DNA from: Eledone cirrhosa
Taxonomy: Eukaryota
Length of the DNA: 64,000 nucleotides
Direction of reading: 5' to 3'
Assembly (NCBI GenBank): GCA_964016885.1
Contig: OZ024762.1
Location: forward strand, 25,606,001-25,670,000
Positions within the stretch are counted from its first letter, which is position 1. Every line of letters begins with the position of its first letter. Made by a program: the position numbers and the translations under genes. Under the pieces are notes generated by a model. The model did no database searches, had not been told where the DNA came from, and was given only the letters and a program-made list of their open reading frames with translations. Below are positions 58,470-64,000 of this stretch, piece by piece.

Positions 58470-59010
58470 TCAACAGCAACAACTACTAGAATAATGTAAA
58501 ACAAGAACAAGAACAACAACGACGACGATAATGATGATGATGATCGGGGTAACAATAACAACAGCAAAAATGACGATGACAACAACAAAAAAAACAACAA
58601 TGACGATGATCACAACAAGGACAACAACGACAACAACGACGACAACAACAGCAACAACAACAAAAACAACGACAGCAACAACAGAAACAACGACAACAAA
58701 AACAACGACAACCGCAACGAGGACACCATCACCACCACCAACAACAACAGAAACAACAATGACACCCACATCTCTAACAACAACAACACCACCACCAACA
58801 ACAATGACAACAACAACAACAACGACACCACCAACACCAACAACAATGACAGCAACACCACCACCAACAACAGAAACAACAACCACACCACCACTACCAC
58901 CACCAACAACAGCAAAAACGACAACGACGACGATCAAACAAACAACAACGACAACGACCCAACAAACAACACCACCACCACCGGGACTGCCACCAACAAC
59001 AACAACATCT
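58470..59010. repeat. (AAC)/(ACC)/(GAC) trinucleotide tract
   Basis: Direct reading. Confidence 0.9.
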
Positions 59011-59361
59011 CAACTAATTTCAAAGTCTAACACAGAGAGAAACACCATTGTAATGTGATTGTGCTGTTTATAATTCCTTCAAACACTGAGACAAGACCAA
59101 TATGAATACATAATGGCGCGAGGAAATGCGTATCATGTAAAGAAATATGCGTAGTTAATGAAAAGTAAAGAATGGAAGCGTCGTAGTTATTAATTATCTG
59201 CTATTTATAAACAATTGCGTCTATAGATTCAGTATTTGAAAGACTTCATACATTTATTAAACAAGTGAATAATGTAGGCATGCAAACATGTAACAATACT
59301 CCTTATATATTACTGTAGAAGTGAACGGGGTTGGTTTGAACTATAATATAACAACAACAGC

Positions 59362-59362
<1 letters not shown>

Positions 59363-59422
<60 letters not shown>

Positions 59423-59720
59423 AGAAGAAGAAGAAGAAGAAGAAGAAGAAGAAGAAAAATAAGAAGAAAGAGAAGAAAAAGAAAGAAAAAGAAAAAGAAA
59501 AAAGACGAAGAAGAACGAGATGAAAAAAAGAAAAGGAAAAGAAGAAGAAGAAGAAGAAGAAGAAGAAGAAGAAGAAGAAGAAGAAGAAGAAGAAGAAGAA
59601 GAAGAAGGAGAAGAAGCAGATGAAAGAAAAGGAAAAAAAGAAAAGAAAAATAACAAAAAGAAGAAAAAAAAACGAAGAAAAAATAAAAAGAAAAAGAAAA
59701 ATAGAAGGAAAAATAAAAAG
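59363..59720. repeat. (TAG)n, (AAG)n and purine-rich tract
   Basis: Direct reading. Confidence 0.92.
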
Positions 59721-59904
59721 AACCGTTGTTGTTCTTTGCCATAAACCAGACGTTCTGATGGTTTTGTCTGAGTTCAAAAATGAATATAGAAAGTATTATG
59801 TTGATTTTTATTCTATAATAAAAATTATAAATATAAATAATTATAAATATAAATTTTAGCATATTGTCTTCCTGTTGTTACTAATATTGTTGTTGTTATT
59901 ATTA

Positions 59905-60735
59905 AAGGGCTGTAACTTTGTAGTATAATCGGGAGAGCGTCGGGCACCTTGGTTTGTACCCATCGAGTTACGGCTCTTTACGTTCTCAGTTCAAATTCCA
60001 CCGAGGTTAGCTTTCCCTTTCATCCTAACGGGATCAATAAAATAAAGTACCAGTAATACACTGGGGTAGTTGCTGGCCTTGTGCCAAACGTACAAACAAT
60101 CATTGTTATTATTAGGCGGTGGATTGGCAGTATTGGTAGAGGGTCGGACGCCATGCTTTGCAGCAAAGAGTTACGTCCCTTTATGGTCTGAGTTCAAATC
60201 CCGCCGAGGTTAACTTTGCCTTTCATCCTTACGGGGTCGATAAAATAAAGTACCAGTAATGTACTGGGATAATTGCTGGCCTTGTGCCTAAAGTAGAAAC
60301 AATTATTAGAGGGCGATGGATTGGTAGAATCGGTAGATTTGGATCCATCGAGTTTCGGCTCTTTACGTTCTGAGTTCAAATCCCGCCAAGGTTAACTTTG
60401 CTTTTCATTCTGACGGGGTCGATAAGAATAAAACACCAGTAATGCACTGGGGTCGATTTAATCAACTTCCCCCTCTTCAAAAAAGTGTTGGCCTTGTGCC
60501 TAAATCATAAATCTTAGGCCCTGGTGGCCAATAAATAAAATCATTATTTCTGAATTGACAGTAGAATAGGGAGAGGATCGGACTACATACTTGCGGCATA
60601 GAGTTACATTCGTTTACGTTCTGAGTTCAAATCCCACCGAGGTTAGCTTTACCTTTCATCCTTACAGGGTCGATAAAATAAAGTACCAGTAATGCACTGG
60701 GGTCAATTTAATCAACTTTCCTCTTCCCTTGAAAT
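59905..60735 (+). mobile_element. Tandem array of 4 tRNA-SINEs
   Basis: GTTCAAATYCC B-box plus core repeated at ~59990, 60190, 60373 and 60625. Confidence 0.85.
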
Positions 60736-61180
60736 TGTATGTATTTATGTTTATCTCTCTCTCTTAATTTCGAGTACATTTTTGGCTGGCCACCTTCCTG
60801 GTGGCAAGGTTGTAAAAGAAAAGAAATTGTGATCCCTTAAATCAGAAGAATATTTTGCAAATTTTGAAGGTACCAGATATCGCAGCCATTTGTAGTCTAT
60901 GAATTAGGGAGCTGCGCTCTTTGTCCACAAATCCAAGTTCAGACATACTTTTGTCCAAGCGGATTGGTATATAACCTGTAGCTCCAATAATGAAGGGTAT
61001 GAAATTGAAGGTGTATCTTGGATACTGGATCTGCAAACTCCTCATCAACGGTCCGTAGATCTCCTCCTCTTGTATTTTTCTTACAACGTTGACATCAAGT
61101 GGGCAGCTGATCTCTACAACAGAGCACGTTTTCAATGTGTGATCCCAAACAACAATATCAGGCCGGTTATGCTTTATATA
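60736..61180 (-). mobile_element. 3' fragment of an RLE-type non-LTR retrotransposon (R4/Dong-like)
   Basis: HNRPDIVVWD..VVEISCP..K..YGPL..IPFIIGATG restriction-like endonuclease; (CATA)-like tail. Confidence 0.75.
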
Positions 61181-61189
61181 TGTATGTAT

Positions 61190-61555
61190 GTATGTGCAAG
61201 ACTCTGCCTCAGCAAAGCTGGACTCAAAAGTCATGTTCGCAGTCATAAAGTGAGACCAATGGTTGACTACCTGGCTGTTGTCGGAGATGCTACCCATCAT
61301 ACCTGTAAAGCATGTAGAAGAGAGTGTAGATCAGCAGGAGGGCTCAAACGACAAGCAAAAGTACATGAAATCCAACCACAGCCGGCTACTGCCAGTGATT
61401 GTTTGGTTGCCAACTCTGTGCAAGACATTTTAGATCATTGGCTGGGCTAAAAAGCCACATTCGATCGCAGAACCGTTAATTATTAATATATGTTGTTTAT
61501 TATTTTATTCATGCAATGGCCATACTCGATAACGAGGGGGCAACCATCATATATG
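61190..61555 (+). mobile_element. 3' end of an RTE-like LINE with three C2H2-type fingers
   Basis: CARLCLSKAGLKSHVRSH, CKACRRECRSAGGLK, CQLCARHFRSLAGLKSHIRS; 3' hairpin CTCG..CGAG. Confidence 0.6.
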
Positions 61556-61987
61556 TATCCATGTGTATCGGTAATTTCTTCATTAATAAATCGAGGTATC
61601 CCTATAAAATAATGTCTTTCCTATACAGTACTGTACTGTTCACTATGGACCGAATTTGTTTTCTGTTTATTTATGTTGCCCCCCCCCCCCCCCCACACAC
61701 ACCACACACACATTTATGTATTTCTTTAAATCGTTTTCGCAATGTGTGTGTATATATATATATATATATATAATATTCTAGTATCGTGAGAGAGTAGAGG
61801 TTTAAAGGGATAAGCGATACATATAGTTAGTTGCCAAAAGCTGGTGCATGTGTGCTCAATACTTGTGCTTACAGGGTTAAATATCGGAGGCGCTAATATT
61901 TAGTGGGCGAGAATATAAGCAGAGCGGCTACAAATGAAAGGATTACAAAGGAGAATACAGACTGTTAGAACATGTTTATACAAAAGC

Positions 61988-62026
61988 ACCTACCTACGTT
62001 TCGCCCGAAAGGGGCTTCTCAAGGGT
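61988..62026 (-). ncRNA. Hammerhead variant
   Basis: ACCC-TTGAGAA-GCCC/GGGC-GAAA-CGTAGG-TA-GGT. Confidence 0.55.
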
Positions 62027-62115
62027 ATACAAATCTAGAGAGTGTTCAGTATAGAACCCAGGAGTTTTAAGAATATATATATCCTGATGATTTACTTCTA
62101 AAGAAACACACACAC

Positions 62116-62198
<83 letters not shown>

Positions 62199-62682
62199 CG
62201 TGTGCGTGCGCGCGTGTGCGCGTGTGCGTGTGTGTGTGGTGTGTGTGTGTGTGTGTGTGTTTCTTTCGAAGTAAATCATCATGATATATATATATATATA
62301 TATATATATAATTGAAAATCAGTAAAATCGAATCTCTGGCGGTTTGCAAGTAAATTCGGCCTACTTATATGAAATGATGAGTTAGCAAAGCACTCGATAA
62401 GGTAGGGTCTCAGAGTTATAACATACGTTTAAATAGCTTGACAGATCGAACATTGTGGTAGGCTAAACTAACACACAATATATACCAAAGGAACGATAGA
62501 ACTAATCAGGTTGAGAAAAATACACCTGGACAAATCAAACGGGCATACGTTTAAAGTGTTTCTCTGAATCCGAAATCAAATATCAGACTTATTTGAATGG
62601 CAAGATCGTGGTTTTGGTGACTGAACAGAGGACTCAGTTTATCAACAGGTTTTCGTTCTGCTTAGAACTATATATATATATA

Positions 62683-63427
62683 GTGACGAAACACAAGTCA
62701 ATTGCATGAACTCATAATCCTTTATTTACTGCTATATATATTTCGATGATAGCCATTGAATGGCTATGACCTCATCAGGCAGTTAGTCAGTTCTTAGATA
62801 TGCCAGCTCTGTGTGTATTGTGTTGATGGTATCAGAGCCTTGGGACATATGAGCTTGTGAGGAATATTTTGATGTTGTCAGCAGGAATAGTCTTGATTCT
62901 CATTGGTCAGTTTGTAGATGGTAGTAGGTTGGAAATTGACTTCAAAGAGGCAGGTGGTGTTGTAAAGTTCAAACCGTCAGGCAAGATGACGATAGTTCCA
63001 TATGACTGATTTTCACAAAAGGCATTCTTGGTCAGATATATTTTCAAATAAGGTTAATAGTATGAAATAGATACTACAGGTCATTCTTAAATTGAGGGAT
63101 TTATGAGGAGTGGTGCTACTGAAATTTATGGTTGGAGTAGAAAGTTTACAAATAAAAGGCTTATGTAGGTTGGCTTGCACGTACACTCACACCCACCTCC
63201 ACAGACACACACACACATCCACACATACAATGAGTGGGGTGGTAATACTTAATATAATGGTTAGAGTCCAATACTTAGATAGTTTAGAAAATTTAGAAAT
63301 AAAGGGTTTATGCTGTTTCACTTGTACATACACTCACACCTACCCCCTCTAACACACACATCTACACACACAAATCCATACAGGTGTGTATATATACATA
63401 TGCATGCATGTATGTACGCACAAGTAT

Positions 63428-63473
<46 letters not shown>

Positions 63474-63478
63474 TATAT

Positions 63479-63558
<80 letters not shown>

Positions 63559-64000
63559 TATATACACAGAACATACATATATATAAAATATATACATACA
63601 AAAATATAAAAAAATATAAAAAAATATATATATACATAGAATACACACAAACAAAATATATACACACGTAAAACATACATATATATATATATATATATAA
63701 ATACACACACACATACACACATATATATATAAAATATATACATACAGATACGCACACATATAAAAAAAATACGCATACATACACATATAAAATAGATATA
63801 TATACACATGATACATATACACATATATATATAAAATCAGGTTCAATAAAACATTGTTTAGATGACTCCCAACCAGTAGAGGATCCGGTGGACCATCCAC
63901 CATAGGGACCACAAACCATGGGTGGTTGTTGTTGTCCACTGGTCATTGGTACGAGGTGTAGGGGACCTACCGGGGGGGGGGGGCTTGTGGGAGGCCGTAA
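62683..64000 (-). mobile_element. Probable PLE 3' region (TG-rich sense strand) with terminal HHR at 62728-62783
   Basis: ACTGC-CTGATGA-GGTCATAGCC..GGCTATCATC-GAAA-TATATA-TA-GCAGT; related to the HHR at 20518; no ORF inside the window. Confidence 0.6.

Noticed and set aside
58470-59058. Thr/Pro-rich mucin-like ORF
   Set aside because: Pure AAC/ACC repeat with no non-repetitive domain or splice evidence.
59303-59862. Poly-E/K/R ORFs
   Set aside because: (TAG)n/(AAG)n tract artefacts.
61521-61537. CATACTCGATA resembling the PLE tail motif
   Set aside because: Part of the RTE-like 3' hairpin and in the wrong orientation relative to that element.

Overview
Very AT-rich, microsatellite-dense eukaryotic DNA with no recognisable host gene. 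The SINE family resembles octopod cephalopod repeats, so that origin is an inference only. Nearly all annotated 'ORFs' are (TA)n/(CA)n translation artefacts. The real content is retroelements. (1) At least 8 Penelope-like element (PLE) copies or fragments (RT plus C-terminal GIY-YIG). Most have Hydra-clade-like motifs (DKT, YRDD, CxCx5Cx5C), one is Nematis/Neptune-like, and most lie next to (TA)n runs. (2) One decayed Tx1/L1-clade LINE, an RLE-LINE 3' fragment, an RTE-like 3' fragment and tandem tRNA-SINEs. (3) More than 20 type I hammerhead ribozyme (HHR) motifs read directly from the sequence. The most notable patterns are these. Fold-back (palindromic) insertions have axes on or next to HHR stems. 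The inverted arm usually stops about 65-110 nt (mostly about 75 nt) short of the true 3' end. That unpaired tail carries a shared A[T/C][C/T]GAG[T/C]RC-like motif about 36-52 nt from the end in many unrelated families. There is also a ~400-nt retrozyme-like tandem unit, kb-long TG-biased PLE 3' regions that end in an HHR, and a 4.7-kb PLE palindrome next to an assembly gap. All alignments were done by eye, so boundaries are approximate.
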